This document shows positions 52,752 through 62,111 of a stretch of DNA of 64,000 bases, in pieces. How positions within the stretch are numbered: position 1 is the stretch's first letter; the number at the start of each line of letters is the position of its first letter. The notes beneath the pieces are model-generated. The model worked only from the letters and a program-made list of their open reading frames with translations, made no database searches and was not told where the DNA came from. Origin of the DNA: Candidatus Edwardsbacteria bacterium (lineage in GTDB: Bacteria > Edwardsbacteria > AC1 > EtOH8). Where the stretch lies: positions 100,927-164,926 of the forward strand of contig JAVHLB010000005.1 in NCBI GenBank assembly GCA_031082425.1. The letters run 5' to 3'. A program made the position numbers and the translations under genes.

Positions 52752-53677
52752 CGGATGTTGACCTCGAAATCCCGGGGACTGGCGGCGATCAGCACCAGCT
52801 TGTCCGGAAGCTCGATGGTGGCCTGCAGCTGGTGCTTGCCCGGAGGAAGATCCTTCAGGTCAAGCACAATTTTCAGGTCGGATTGTTTGGCGGCGTCCAG
52901 AACGTTCCGGGGGCCGGACACCACCAGATCTATGGCGCCGGGGGCGAAGCTGACCAGGTAATCACTGCTCCGGTTGATCACCGCTAGCGGTATGTTCTTG
53001 AACACCCGCTCCCCGCTCTTCTCAAACCGAAGGAACACATCGATGGATTCGGGGCTGACTGCGAACAGGCAGGAATCCGGCAGCAGCAAGGCCGATCTCA
53101 CCAATGTTCCCACCGAGAAGCCATCGATTCTTATGGGGGCCGAATAAACGGCATCCAGCATCTCCAGCTGCCGGGCCGGGCCCTTTAACAGAGCCGAAGC
53201 CGGTTCATACCGGATGCTGTCGGAGAGCACCAAACCGTCCGCCGGGTCGCCCACCAGGTCGAGCAGGATGCTCACCAATTTCTCGGTTTGGCGGTCCAGA
53301 TTGACCTCCATTTCCTGTTCCAGGAACTGGACCGACCGGATCTTAAGCCGGAAAGGCAGCACCAGATGATCCGGGGTAAGCTTGACCTTGAATTTTTTGA
53401 TCTGGCGGTTCTCGGCATCGATCACCACCGCCGGTTTTTTGAACTGAAAGGCGACCAGGTCCTTACCCCTGGCCTCGATATCGCAGGTAACCGGGGGCAG
53501 GCACCGGGCCAGGGAATGCCCCGGGGGGATATTTTTGACCTCCACCGGGCAATGGAAGGCAAGTTTATAATACCTTTCGGTGGAGGCGTACAGCCACAGG
53601 GTGACCGCCAGCACCAGGGAGACTATCCTGATATCCAGGTTTCTGAATATCTTATGTTTATTTCCGGTGATCTTCAT
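52748..53677 (-). CDS. YbbR-domain protein
   Basis: 309 aa with an N-terminal membrane anchor followed by repeated YbbR-like beta modules. Confidence 0.65.
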   Translation of the reverse strand: MKITGNKHKIFRNLDIRIVSLVLAVTLWLYASTERYYKLAFHCPVEVKNIPPGHSLARCLPPVTCDIEARGKDLVAFQFKKPAVVIDAENRQIKKFKVKLTPDHLVLPFRLKIRSVQFLEQEMEVNLDRQTEKLVSILLDLVGDPADGLVLSDSIRYEPASALLKGPARQLEMLDAVYSAPIRIDGFSVGTLVRSALLLPDSCLFAVSPESIDVFLRFEKSGERVFKNIPLAVINRSSDYLVSFAPGAIDLVVSGPRNVLDAAKQSDLKIVLDLKDLPPGKHQLQATIELPDKLVLIAASPRDFEVNIR

Positions 53678-54265
53678 TTATCTTGCAAAATCCTTCTCCA
53701 CCAGATCGCAGATGGCATGCTCGGCCATCAGCATGGATTCCTGGATCCGGAATGTTTTATCTCCCGCAGCCTTTATGCATACCCGGCAATATTTTCCCAA
53801 CGCACCGGAAGCCGGCCCGGTCAGCCCGATAACGGCCAGCCCCTTTTTCTTGGCGGCTTTGGCCGCTTCGATGACATTGGGCGACCGGCCGCTGGTGGTG
53901 ATGGCCAGCAGCACATCCCCCTTTTTCCCCAATGCCTCCACCTGTCGGGAGAAGACGGTGTCGAAGCCATGGTCGTTGGCCTCCGAGGTGATGATGGAGC
54001 TGTCGGCGGTCAGGGCCATGGCCGGCAGGGCCTTTCTCTCTTTTAGAAAGCGGACCACCATCTCGGCCGCGATGTGCTGGCTGTCGGCGGCGCTGCCCCC
54101 GTTCCCGCAGATCAAAAGCTTTCCGCCTTTTTTGAATGCCCCGGCGATTATATCGGCCGCTTTGATTATATCGCCCGCAGAGCTTTCCGCCGTATCGATG
54201 AGGGCCTGGGCGCTTTTCAGCATTTCCCGCCGCAATTGAGCCGAGGTGATATTCATATTTTTCAT
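53678..54265 (-). CDS. gmhA: SIS-domain phosphoheptose isomerase (GmhA-like)
   Basis: 195 aa with CGNGGSAADSQH and TTSGRSPNV motifs. Confidence 0.8.
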   Translation of the reverse strand: MKNMNITSAQLRREMLKSAQALIDTAESSAGDIIKAADIIAGAFKKGGKLLICGNGGSAADSQHIAAEMVVRFLKERKALPAMALTADSSIITSEANDHGFDTVFSRQVEALGKKGDVLLAITTSGRSPNVIEAAKAAKKKGLAVIGLTGPASGALGKYCRVCIKAAGDKTFRIQESMLMAEHAICDLVEKDFAR

Positions 54266-54278
54266 GTATCCTTAAGTA

Positions 54279-55124
54279 TTATTTGATCTCCCCGGTTTCC
54301 TTGAGATAGTCCCTTAAGCCTTCCTCCCAGGGCCTCAATGTTTCCCCGAAGGTCCTTTCCCAGCAAAAATTCCGCAACACGGAATACGAAGGTCGGGTGG
54401 TCGGGGTGGGATATTCAGAGGAAGCAATGGGCAACACCTCGGACTTGATCCCGGACATTTCCACCGCCTTCCTGGCAAGATCGTACCAGCTGCAGGCTCC
54501 CGAGTTTGACAGGTGGTAGGTGCCGTATTTGTCGCTGGCGATCAGGCGGGCAATGGCCCGGCACAGGTCCCGGACATAGGTGGGCGATCCCACCTGGTCA
54601 TTGACCACCTTTATCGTTCCGGCCTCTTTTGCCTTAGCCAGGATGGTGCTGATGAAATTGCGGCCCTGCTTACCATACAGCCAGGAGGTGCGGACGATGT
54701 AGAATTTTTTCAACAGCTCCCTGACGGAATTCTCGCCGTCCAGTTTGGATCTTCCGTAATGCCCCAACGGCCTCGGCTCATCCCATTCGCAATAGGGCTC
54801 GCCTTTTTTGCCGTCGAACACAAAGTCGGTGCTGACGTACAGCATGGGGATATCTAGCTGCCGGGAGGCCAAAGCTACATTTCTGGTACCCAGTCCGTTG
54901 ACGGCATAGGCGGCAGCGGGATCTTTTTCGCAGCCGTCCACGTTGGTCATGGCGGCGCAGTGCAGAATGATCTCGGGATCGTACCCGACAAGCCTTTCGA
55001 CCGCATCTGCGCTGACCAGATCAACCTCCTGAACATCTATGCCGGTCACCTGGTGGCCGCCAGCCACCTCTCGGCACAGGTCGGCGCCCAGCATCCCTTT
55101 GGCCCCGGTGACTAAAATCTTCAT
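54279..55124 (-). CDS. rfbD: dTDP-4-dehydrorhamnose reductase
   Basis: 281 aa with a Rossmann GAKGMLG motif and the STDFVFDG signature. Confidence 0.85.
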   Translation of the reverse strand: MKILVTGAKGMLGADLCREVAGGHQVTGIDVQEVDLVSADAVERLVGYDPEIILHCAAMTNVDGCEKDPAAAYAVNGLGTRNVALASRQLDIPMLYVSTDFVFDGKKGEPYCEWDEPRPLGHYGRSKLDGENSVRELLKKFYIVRTSWLYGKQGRNFISTILAKAKEAGTIKVVNDQVGSPTYVRDLCRAIARLIASDKYGTYHLSNSGACSWYDLARKAVEMSGIKSEVLPIASSEYPTPTTRPSYSVLRNFCWERTFGETLRPWEEGLRDYLKETGEIK

Positions 55125-55852
55125 TTTTTATTCCTGGCCCTTTGCCCGATGAACTGGTTGACCACCCACAGGTCCTCGATGGACGAACCGGCGTCGCCCC
55201 ACCAGCCCTTGATGATCTCGTAGGTCATCTGGCCTTTCTTGATGAAGGCGTTGTTGACGTCGGTGATCTCCAACTCGCCCCGGCCCGACGGCTTCAGGGT
55301 CTTCAGGATGTCCCACACTTGGGAGTCGTACATGTAGATGCCGATCACGGCGTAATTGCTCTTGGGGTTCCTGGGTTTCTCCACGATGTTCTTCACCAGC
55401 CGGCCCTTGACCTCCGCCACCCCGTATTCCCGGGGGTTGGCCACCGTCTTCAGGAATATCTTGGCACCGGATTCCTGTTTCTGAAAATCGCCCACCGCCT
55501 TTTTGATGGATCCGTCCAGGATGTTGTCGCCCAGCATCACCACCACCTTGTCATGGCCCACAAAATGGCGGCACAGCCCCAGAGCCTCGGCGATCCCGCC
55601 CTCGCGCTTCTGATAGGTGTAGTTGATGTGCTTCAGCCCGAACTCCTCGCCATTGCCCAGCAGGCGCAGGAAATCGCCGGCCGCGTTGCCGCCGGTCACC
55701 AGCATGATGTCATTGATGCCTGCCTGCACCAGGGTCTGGATGGGATAATAGATCATGGGACGGTCATACACCGGCAGCAGATGTTTGTTGGTGATGCTGG
55801 TCAGGGGACGCAGGCGAGTGCCCAGCCCTCCGGCCAATATTACGCCTTTCAT
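55121..55852 (-). CDS. glucose-1-phosphate thymidylyltransferase-like sugar nucleotidyltransferase (short form)
   Basis: 243 aa with the GGLGTRLRPLT..NKHLLPV opening. Confidence 0.8.
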   Translation of the reverse strand: MKGVILAGGLGTRLRPLTSITNKHLLPVYDRPMIYYPIQTLVQAGINDIMLVTGGNAAGDFLRLLGNGEEFGLKHINYTYQKREGGIAEALGLCRHFVGHDKVVVMLGDNILDGSIKKAVGDFQKQESGAKIFLKTVANPREYGVAEVKGRLVKNIVEKPRNPKSNYAVIGIYMYDSQVWDILKTLKPSGRGELEITDVNNAFIKKGQMTYEIIKGWWGDAGSSIEDLWVVNQFIGQRARNKK

Positions 55853-56598
55853 TTTTTCTCCTTATAGTGGATCATTCTGGCAAACTTATTTATGATATCG
55901 TTTTTGATTTTCCCTTCCAGCACATTCCCTATGACCACTGCCGTGGCCCCGGCCCGGGCCTTTGTCCCGGCGGTCTCGGGATCCTTGATCCCCCCGCCCA
56001 CCACCACCGGCAGGCCGGCATATCTGGCCACCCCGCCGATCATCTTCTCCGACACCGGAGAAAGGGCGCCGCTGCCGGCGTCCATGTAGATGAGCTTCAT
56101 GCCAAGATATCTGGCCGCCAGGGCATGGGCCATGGCGATGTCCGGCTTGTCGTGCGGGATGGGGATGGAATGGCTCATATAGTTGGCCGAGGTCAGACGT
56201 CCGGATTCCACCAGCATGTAGCCGGTGGGGACCACCTCCAGCCCGGAGCGTTTGACCATCGGCGCGGCCTTGACCTGCTCCTCGATCAACAGATTGGCGT
56301 TGCGTCCGCTGATCAGCGAAAGATACAGCAGGGCGTCGGCCTCTTTGGTCACCTGGTAGGCGCTGCCGGGAAAGATCGCTATCGGCCGTTTGAAATTTCT
56401 TTTCAGGGCCCTGGCAACCAGGCCGATCTGATCCGACATCAGCAGGCTGGTGCCCAGAAATACGGCGTCCACCCCTTCCTTCTGGAAGACCGCCCCCAGT
56501 TTGGCTGCCTGGGCCGGCTTGACCTTGTCGGGATCCACCAGCACCACAAAAGCCGCTCCCTTGGCCTTGGCGGTTTTTAAAAGATATTCGTAAAACAT
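55849..56598 (-). CDS. geranylgeranylglyceryl/heptaprenylglyceryl phosphate synthase family protein (GGGPS/PcrB)
   Basis: 249 aa with a TIM-barrel pattern, LIYMDAGSGA, and the C-terminal phosphate loop VVGGGIKDPE...VVIGNVLE. Confidence 0.8.
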   Translation of the reverse strand: MFYEYLLKTAKAKGAAFVVLVDPDKVKPAQAAKLGAVFQKEGVDAVFLGTSLLMSDQIGLVARALKRNFKRPIAIFPGSAYQVTKEADALLYLSLISGRNANLLIEEQVKAAPMVKRSGLEVVPTGYMLVESGRLTSANYMSHSIPIPHDKPDIAMAHALAARYLGMKLIYMDAGSGALSPVSEKMIGGVARYAGLPVVVGGGIKDPETAGTKARAGATAVVIGNVLEGKIKNDIINKFARMIHYKEKK

Positions 56599-56696
56599 AA
56601 CTTTCCTTTCGACCTTCTCGATTGATCTCCTTCCCCTGCGGGGAAGAGCCTGGACTGATGAGAATATTTACTCTTCCCGACGAAGTAGGCCGGGGG

Positions 56697-56870
56697 TCAG
56701 GTTGGTGAGGTCAGCGCCCCGGTGGGGCAGACTGTGCCGCATTTCCCGCAGGAGATGCATTTATCCTGGTCTATCTCCAGTCCCCAGCCGTGCAGGACAA
56801 TGGCCAGCGCCGGGCAGACACCCGAGCACAGGCCGCAGTTCCCGCAGAGATTTTTTTGGATTACTATCAT
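56697..56870 (-). CDS. small 2x[4Fe-4S] ferredoxin (57 aa; below the ORF-track size cutoff)
   Basis: My own translation of the minus strand gives MIVIQKNLCGNCGLCSGVCPALAIVLHGWGLEIDQDKCISCGKCGTVCPTGALTSPT*. It contains two CxxCxxCxxxCP motifs. The ATG overlaps the alaS TGA (ATGA). Confidence 0.7.
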   Translation of the reverse strand: MIVIQKNLCGNCGLCSGVCPALAIVLHGWGLEIDQDKCISCGKCGTVCPTGALTSPT

Positions 56871-59509
56871 GCTTGGCCGTTGAATAAACTTCCGATCTGT
56901 CCCATATATTCCTTCAGTTTGCCGTCATCCTTGCCGCCCACCTGGGCCAGCTGGGGCCGACCGCCGCCTTTGCCGCCGGTGATCGCGGCGACCTGCTTGG
57001 CGAGGTCCCCGGCCATGAACTTCTTGGCTTTAACCAGCTCATCGCCCACCGCGATGGTGAACCCGAACTTGCTTTCGTCCGTACTGGCCAGAATGATCAC
57101 TCCGCCCGGAAGTTTCATCCGCAGTTTGTCGGCCATCTCCCGCATGTCTTCCTGGGAAAGACCATCCAGCAATTTGACCAGCAATTGAACCTCTTGATCC
57201 TTTTTAACCTCTTGAACCAAGGCTTCTATCATTCCGCCCTGTTGAAGTTTCGCCGCATCTTTCTTTGCCTTCTCCAGTGCTTTCAGCTCCTCCATCTGGG
57301 CATTGAGCTTTTTGACGATGTCCTCGCGGTTGGCCTTAAGACGGTCCTGGATCTCGGACACCAACAGCTGGTCCTGTTTGGCGAGGCGGTAGGCGGCCTC
57401 GCCGGTCACGGCCTCGATCCGCCGCACTCCGGAGGCGATGGCCTCCTCCCTGACTATCTTGAACAGCCCCAGCTCGCCGCTGTGCTTGACGTGGGTCCCG
57501 CCGCATAGTTCCTTGGAGAAATCCCCGCAGGATATCACCCGGACCTCCTCCCCGTATTTCTCCCCGAACAGGGCCATGGCCCCGGTCTTCTGGGCCTCGG
57601 CCAGCTTCATGTGCCGGTCGGTCACCGGAATGTTGTCCATGATCTTTCGGTTCACCAGGTGTTCCACCTCTTCCAATTGCATCGGATCCAGGGCGGCAAA
57701 ATTGGTGAAGTCAAAGCGCAGTCGCTCCGGACCGACCATCGAGCCCTGCTGCTGGACATGCTTGCCCACCACCTGCTGCAGGGCCGCCTGCAGAAGATGG
57801 GTGGCGGTGTGATGCCGGGCGGTGCTAAGCCTGGCTGCTTGGTCGACCGAGGCGGTGACCTCGTCTTTGACCTTGATAGTGCCGGAAACTATCTCCGCCC
57901 GGTGGATGGTCGAAGCGTTGAAAGCCTTGACGGTATTGAGCACCTTGATCCGGCAGTTTGAGTTTTCAATGATGCCCACGTCGCCGGCCTGCCCTCCGCC
58001 CTCGGCATAGAAGGGGGTGTTCTCCAGGGTGAGGTCGACGGTCTCCCCCTTTTCGGCGGACTCCAGTTTGAGTTCTTTGCGATAGATTCCGGTGATCCTG
58101 GTGTTTCCCTGAAGCCTGTCGTATCCCACAAAAATGCAGGATGGATATTCAACCTCCTTGGCAGCGGTGAACGCCACCTCGCCCCGGGCCGCCCGGGCCC
58201 TCTCCTTCTGCTGTTCCATGGCCTGGTTGAACCCCTCCAGGTCCAGGGTCAGGCCCTGTTCCGCGGCGATCTCCTGGGCCAGGTCTATGGGAAAGCCGAA
58301 GGTGTCGTAGAGCTTGAACAGCACCTCGCCGGGGATGGCCTTTTTGTTGGGCGGGGTGATGGCCGCGGCCGATTCCAGCAGTTTGGTCAGCCCCAGCGCC
58401 ACGGTGGAGACGAAATTCTCCTCCTCGTTTCTGACCACCATGGCAATGTGCTCGGTCCGGGGCTTAAGGTCGGGATAGGCCTGGCCCATGATCTCTATGA
58501 CGCCCGGCACCAGATGGTGCAGGAAAGGCTCGGTCAGTCCCAGCAGGCGCCCGTGCCGGGCGGCCCGCCGCAGGATCCGCCGGATGACATATCCCCGCCC
58601 CTCGTTGGACGGCAGCACCCCGTCCCCGATGGTGAAGACCAGGGCTCTTATGTGGTCGGCGACCACCCGGAAGGAAACATCGGTCTGCCCCTGGCCGTAG
58701 GTTATCCCGGATATCTTCTCCACCGCCTTGATGACCGGATAAAACAGGTCAGTGTCATAGTTGGAATTTTTCTTCTGCAGCACCCGGACGATTCGCTCAA
58801 AGCCCATTCCGGTGTCCACGTGCCTGCTGGGCAGTTCGGTCAGATTTCCGTCCGGCCCCCGGTCGTACTGGATGAACACCAGGTTCCAGATCTCCACGAA
58901 CCGCCCGCAGCCGTCCACGTTCACCCCGCAGACATGCCCGTCCTCGCCGGCCTTGGTACAGGTGCCTTCCCCCATGTCCATGTGTATCTCGGAGCAGGGG
59001 CCGCAGGGGCCGGTCTCGCCCATCTCCCAAAAATTGTCCTTCTCGCCGTGGCGGCTGATGTGCGAAGGGTCGATATCGGTCAGATCCTTCCAGAAACCAA
59101 AAGCCTCTTCATCGTTGACATAGACCGTGGCGTAGAGTTTTTCCTGGGGCAGTTTCCAGACAGCGGTCAGCAGTTCCCAGGCCCAGGAGATGGCCTCCTT
59201 CTTGTAATAGTCTCCGAAGGACCAGTTGCCCAGCATCTCGAAGAAGGTGTGATGGGTGTGGTCCCGCCCCACCTCCTCCAGGTCGTTGTGCTTACCGGAG
59301 ACCCTCAACACCTTCTGGCTGTCGGCCACCCGCTTGTAGCCCCGGTCCTCCAAGCCCAGGAAGATCTTCTTGAACTGGTTCATCCCGGCATTGGTGAACA
59401 GCAAGGTGGGATCGTCCTGGGGCACCACCGAATCCGACGGCACGATGGTGTGGCCTTTAGATCTGAAGAAATCCAGGAATGATCGGCGTATTTGATCTGA
59501 TGTTTGCAT
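56867..59509 (-). CDS. alaS: alanine--tRNA ligase
   Basis: 880 aa with a class II core, an editing domain (HHTATHLL) and a C-terminal DHHA1-like domain. Confidence 0.97.
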   Translation of the reverse strand: MQTSDQIRRSFLDFFRSKGHTIVPSDSVVPQDDPTLLFTNAGMNQFKKIFLGLEDRGYKRVADSQKVLRVSGKHNDLEEVGRDHTHHTFFEMLGNWSFGDYYKKEAISWAWELLTAVWKLPQEKLYATVYVNDEEAFGFWKDLTDIDPSHISRHGEKDNFWEMGETGPCGPCSEIHMDMGEGTCTKAGEDGHVCGVNVDGCGRFVEIWNLVFIQYDRGPDGNLTELPSRHVDTGMGFERIVRVLQKKNSNYDTDLFYPVIKAVEKISGITYGQGQTDVSFRVVADHIRALVFTIGDGVLPSNEGRGYVIRRILRRAARHGRLLGLTEPFLHHLVPGVIEIMGQAYPDLKPRTEHIAMVVRNEEENFVSTVALGLTKLLESAAAITPPNKKAIPGEVLFKLYDTFGFPIDLAQEIAAEQGLTLDLEGFNQAMEQQKERARAARGEVAFTAAKEVEYPSCIFVGYDRLQGNTRITGIYRKELKLESAEKGETVDLTLENTPFYAEGGGQAGDVGIIENSNCRIKVLNTVKAFNASTIHRAEIVSGTIKVKDEVTASVDQAARLSTARHHTATHLLQAALQQVVGKHVQQQGSMVGPERLRFDFTNFAALDPMQLEEVEHLVNRKIMDNIPVTDRHMKLAEAQKTGAMALFGEKYGEEVRVISCGDFSKELCGGTHVKHSGELGLFKIVREEAIASGVRRIEAVTGEAAYRLAKQDQLLVSEIQDRLKANREDIVKKLNAQMEELKALEKAKKDAAKLQQGGMIEALVQEVKKDQEVQLLVKLLDGLSQEDMREMADKLRMKLPGGVIILASTDESKFGFTIAVGDELVKAKKFMAGDLAKQVAAITGGKGGGRPQLAQVGGKDDGKLKEYMGQIGSLFNGQA

Positions 59510-59546
59510 GATATTATGATTTGATATTTTTTCGATAGGGTCTTGT

Positions 59547-60248
59547 CTATTTGGGCAGCAAAAACAGTATGGTAAAAAAGTGGCAGATGCTCCCGGCCAG
59601 CACGAACAGGTGCCAGACCGCGTGGTGGTATTTCAATCTGCGCCACAGGTAGAAAACCGTCCCCAGCGTGTAGAACAGCCCTCCCACCCCCAGGAACACC
59701 AGGCTGACCGTGTTCAGATTCTCCAGCACCGGTTTTATCACCACCACCACCAGCCATCCCATGGCAATGTACAGCAAGGTGGACATGAACACGAATTTGT
59801 GGGTCCAGAAGGCCTTGCCCACTATGCCCAGAACAGCGATGCCCCACACCACGTCGAACACGGTCCAACCCAGCCGGCCGTGCAGGGTGATCAACGCGAT
59901 CGGGGTGTAGGTTCCGGCTATCAGAAGGAATATGGCCGAGTGGTCGAAGATCCGGAACAACTGCTTGGCCCGCCCGGCGTAAAAACCGTGGTACAGGGTG
60001 GACGACAGATACAGCAACACCAACGTCGCCCCGTAGATGCTGAAGCTGACGATGTACCAGGCGTTCCCGGACAGACTGGCCAGCACCACCAGCACCGCTA
60101 GGGCCGCAATGGCCAGCCCCAGTCCCACCCCGTGCAGGATGGCGTTGGTGGTCTCCTCGCCCGGGGAGTAACGCTCCACCGAATCGGCATCGGAGTCACG
60201 CACCGCAGTCATTAGCTTTAGCCAGCGCCTGAAGGTGGTTTGAATCAT
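59547..60248 (-). CDS. hemolysin III / PAQR-family membrane protein
   Basis: 233 aa with seven hydrophobic helices, conserved His residues and an FDHS motif. Confidence 0.85.
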   Translation of the reverse strand: MIQTTFRRWLKLMTAVRDSDADSVERYSPGEETTNAILHGVGLGLAIAALAVLVVLASLSGNAWYIVSFSIYGATLVLLYLSSTLYHGFYAGRAKQLFRIFDHSAIFLLIAGTYTPIALITLHGRLGWTVFDVVWGIAVLGIVGKAFWTHKFVFMSTLLYIAMGWLVVVVIKPVLENLNTVSLVFLGVGGLFYTLGTVFYLWRRLKYHHAVWHLFVLAGSICHFFTILFLLPK

Positions 60249-60718
60249 TCTGAATTATTTTCCTTCAGCAGTTCCTTCAGCACTTTTGAGACTATCGAGG
60301 CTTCGTACCCCCGGCGGGCCAGAAACCCCGCCAGCCGCCGCTTGGCAGTATCGGAATCAAGCTTGCGGTAAAGCTTCATCTTTCTCCGGGCCAGATCCAG
60401 GGCCGCCGGGAACTCATCCGAATTGATTTTATACTCCCTGACGGCCTGATCAACTATCTCCCGGTCTATCCCCTTGGCAAAGAGCTCCTGCCGCAAACGG
60501 ACCACGCCGGTGGGCCGAAAGTGCTGCCGGTTCTCGATCCAGTCCCGGGCGAACTTCTCATCGTCCAACAGCCCCAGCGACAGCAGGTCGTCTATCACCA
60601 GATCGATATCCCCGGGGGAGGCGCCTTTTACCTTAAGCTTGTCCCTGACGTCTTTGACCGAGCGTCCGCGTAGCTCCAGCAGCCGCAGGGCATAATTCCG
60701 GGCCTTGTTTATATCCAT
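60245..60718 (-). CDS. recX: RecA regulator RecX
   Basis: 157 aa with a three-repeat helical pattern. It sits directly downstream of recA. Confidence 0.85.
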   Translation of the reverse strand: MDINKARNYALRLLELRGRSVKDVRDKLKVKGASPGDIDLVIDDLLSLGLLDDEKFARDWIENRQHFRPTGVVRLRQELFAKGIDREIVDQAVREYKINSDEFPAALDLARRKMKLYRKLDSDTAKRRLAGFLARRGYEASIVSKVLKELLKENNSE

Positions 60719-60750
60719 GGTTTATTCCCGCAGACCTTACCTCCCCTTAT

Positions 60751-60787
60751 CCCCTCCTTGATCAAGGAGGGGATTTTGGGGTGGTCT
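60751..60787. repeat. perfect 22-nt palindrome CCCCTCCTTGATCAAGGAGGGG with a GGGGTGGTC-type tail
   Basis: Seen directly between recA and recX. The tail resembles those at 39281-39290 and 41460-41472. Confidence 0.7.
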
Positions 60788-60806
60788 ATCACGAATAATG
60801 TGCGCT

Positions 60807-61880
60807 TTATTTCCGCCCCCGTTTCTTGGGCTCTTCCTTCTCCTCTTTCTCCGGCTCCTGGCCCTCCGCCTTCTGCCCGGCCGGCGGATCGAGCTTGGCC
60901 TTGAGGTCGATCTCTATCTTCTCCAGCAGGTCGGGATTCTGCTTGAGCATGGCCTTGATGTTGTCCCGGCCCTGGCCCAGCCGCTCGCCCTTGTAGGAGA
61001 ACCAGGCCCCGGCCTTCTCGATGATGTTGTTCTCCACCGCCAGGTCCATCAGGTCGCCGACATAGGAGATGCCCTCGCCGAAGATGATCTCGAACTCGGT
61101 GGTCCGGAAGGGCGGGGCCATCTTGTTCTTGACCACCTTGACCCGCACCCGGTTGCCGATCATCTGCTCGCCCTGCTTGATGGTCTCTATCCGGCGGATG
61201 TCCATCCGCACCGAGGCGTGGAATTTTAAGGCCAGGCCGCCCGGGGTGGTCTCGGGGTTACCGAACATCACCCCGATCTTCATCCGGATCTGGTTGATGA
61301 ACACGATGCAGGTCTTGGAGCGGTTGGCCACTGCCGTCAGCTTGCGCAGGGCCTGGGACATCAGCCGGGCCTGCAGGCCCATGTGGGAATCGCCCATGTC
61401 GCCCTCGATCTCGGCCTTGGGCACCAGGGCCGCCACCGAATCGATCACGATCACGTCCATGGCGTTGCTGCGGACCAGGGTCTCGGTGATCTCCAGGGCG
61501 TCCTCGCCGGTGTCGGGCTGGGAGATCAGCAGGTTGTCCACGTCCACCCCCAGGGCCCGGGCGTATTTGGAATCCAGGGCATGCTCGGCGTCGATATAGG
61601 CGGCGGTGCCGCCCTTCTTCTGGGCCTGGGCCACTATCGACAGGGCCAGGGTGGTCTTGCCCGAGGCCTCGGGGCCGTAGATCTCCACCACCCTGCCGCG
61701 GGGCACCCCGCCCACCCCCAGGGCATAGTCCAGCGATATGGAGCCGGTGGGTATCACCTCCACGTTGACCCCGGCATCGCGGCTGCCCCATTTCATGATG
61801 GCACCCTTGCCGAATTGTTTTTCGATCTGCGATACCGCCAGATCCAAGGCTTTTGCTTTTTCACCCTCCGCCATTTTCAT
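60807..61880 (-). CDS. recA: recombinase RecA
   Basis: 357 aa with GPEASGKTT and the L1/L2 loops. A K/E-rich C-terminal tail is present. Confidence 0.97.
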   Translation of the reverse strand: MKMAEGEKAKALDLAVSQIEKQFGKGAIMKWGSRDAGVNVEVIPTGSISLDYALGVGGVPRGRVVEIYGPEASGKTTLALSIVAQAQKKGGTAAYIDAEHALDSKYARALGVDVDNLLISQPDTGEDALEITETLVRSNAMDVIVIDSVAALVPKAEIEGDMGDSHMGLQARLMSQALRKLTAVANRSKTCIVFINQIRMKIGVMFGNPETTPGGLALKFHASVRMDIRRIETIKQGEQMIGNRVRVKVVKNKMAPPFRTTEFEIIFGEGISYVGDLMDLAVENNIIEKAGAWFSYKGERLGQGRDNIKAMLKQNPDLLEKIEIDLKAKLDPPAGQKAEGQEPEKEEKEEPKKRGRK

Positions 61881-61984
61881 GCTCCTCTCAAAATAATACG
61901 TTGAATATAATTACTAAGTTTATTTTAAACCATTGAACACGGGGCCGGTATTAGCCACATAAGGCACAAAATAATTTTCTTGTG

Positions 61985-62013
61985 TTGCATCTTTATCAAC
62001 ACATCCCTATAAT
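61985..62013 (+). promoter_or_regulatory. plus-strand promoter-like element TTGCAT-N17-TATAAT in the recA / RnfD-like intergenic region
   Basis: This is the only good plus-strand -35/-10 pair I saw. It points at the 3' end of the RnfD-like gene. No plus-strand CDS follows it. Confidence 0.3.
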
Positions 62014-62046
62014 ACAACAACCCTTCAATATTTCTTTCCCATCAAT

Positions 62047-62076
62047 TTTGTGTCATGGGTGCCTTTTGTGGTTGAA
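62047..62076. repeat. C-type unit TTTGTGTCATGGGTGCCTTTTGTGGTTGAA
   Basis: It resembles the units at 6481-6510 and 37394-37420. An inverted partial copy lies at 61954-61972. Confidence 0.55.
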
Positions 62077-62111
62077 TGGTTACGCATAGTCTACCGTTCA
62101 ACTTAAAGGCG

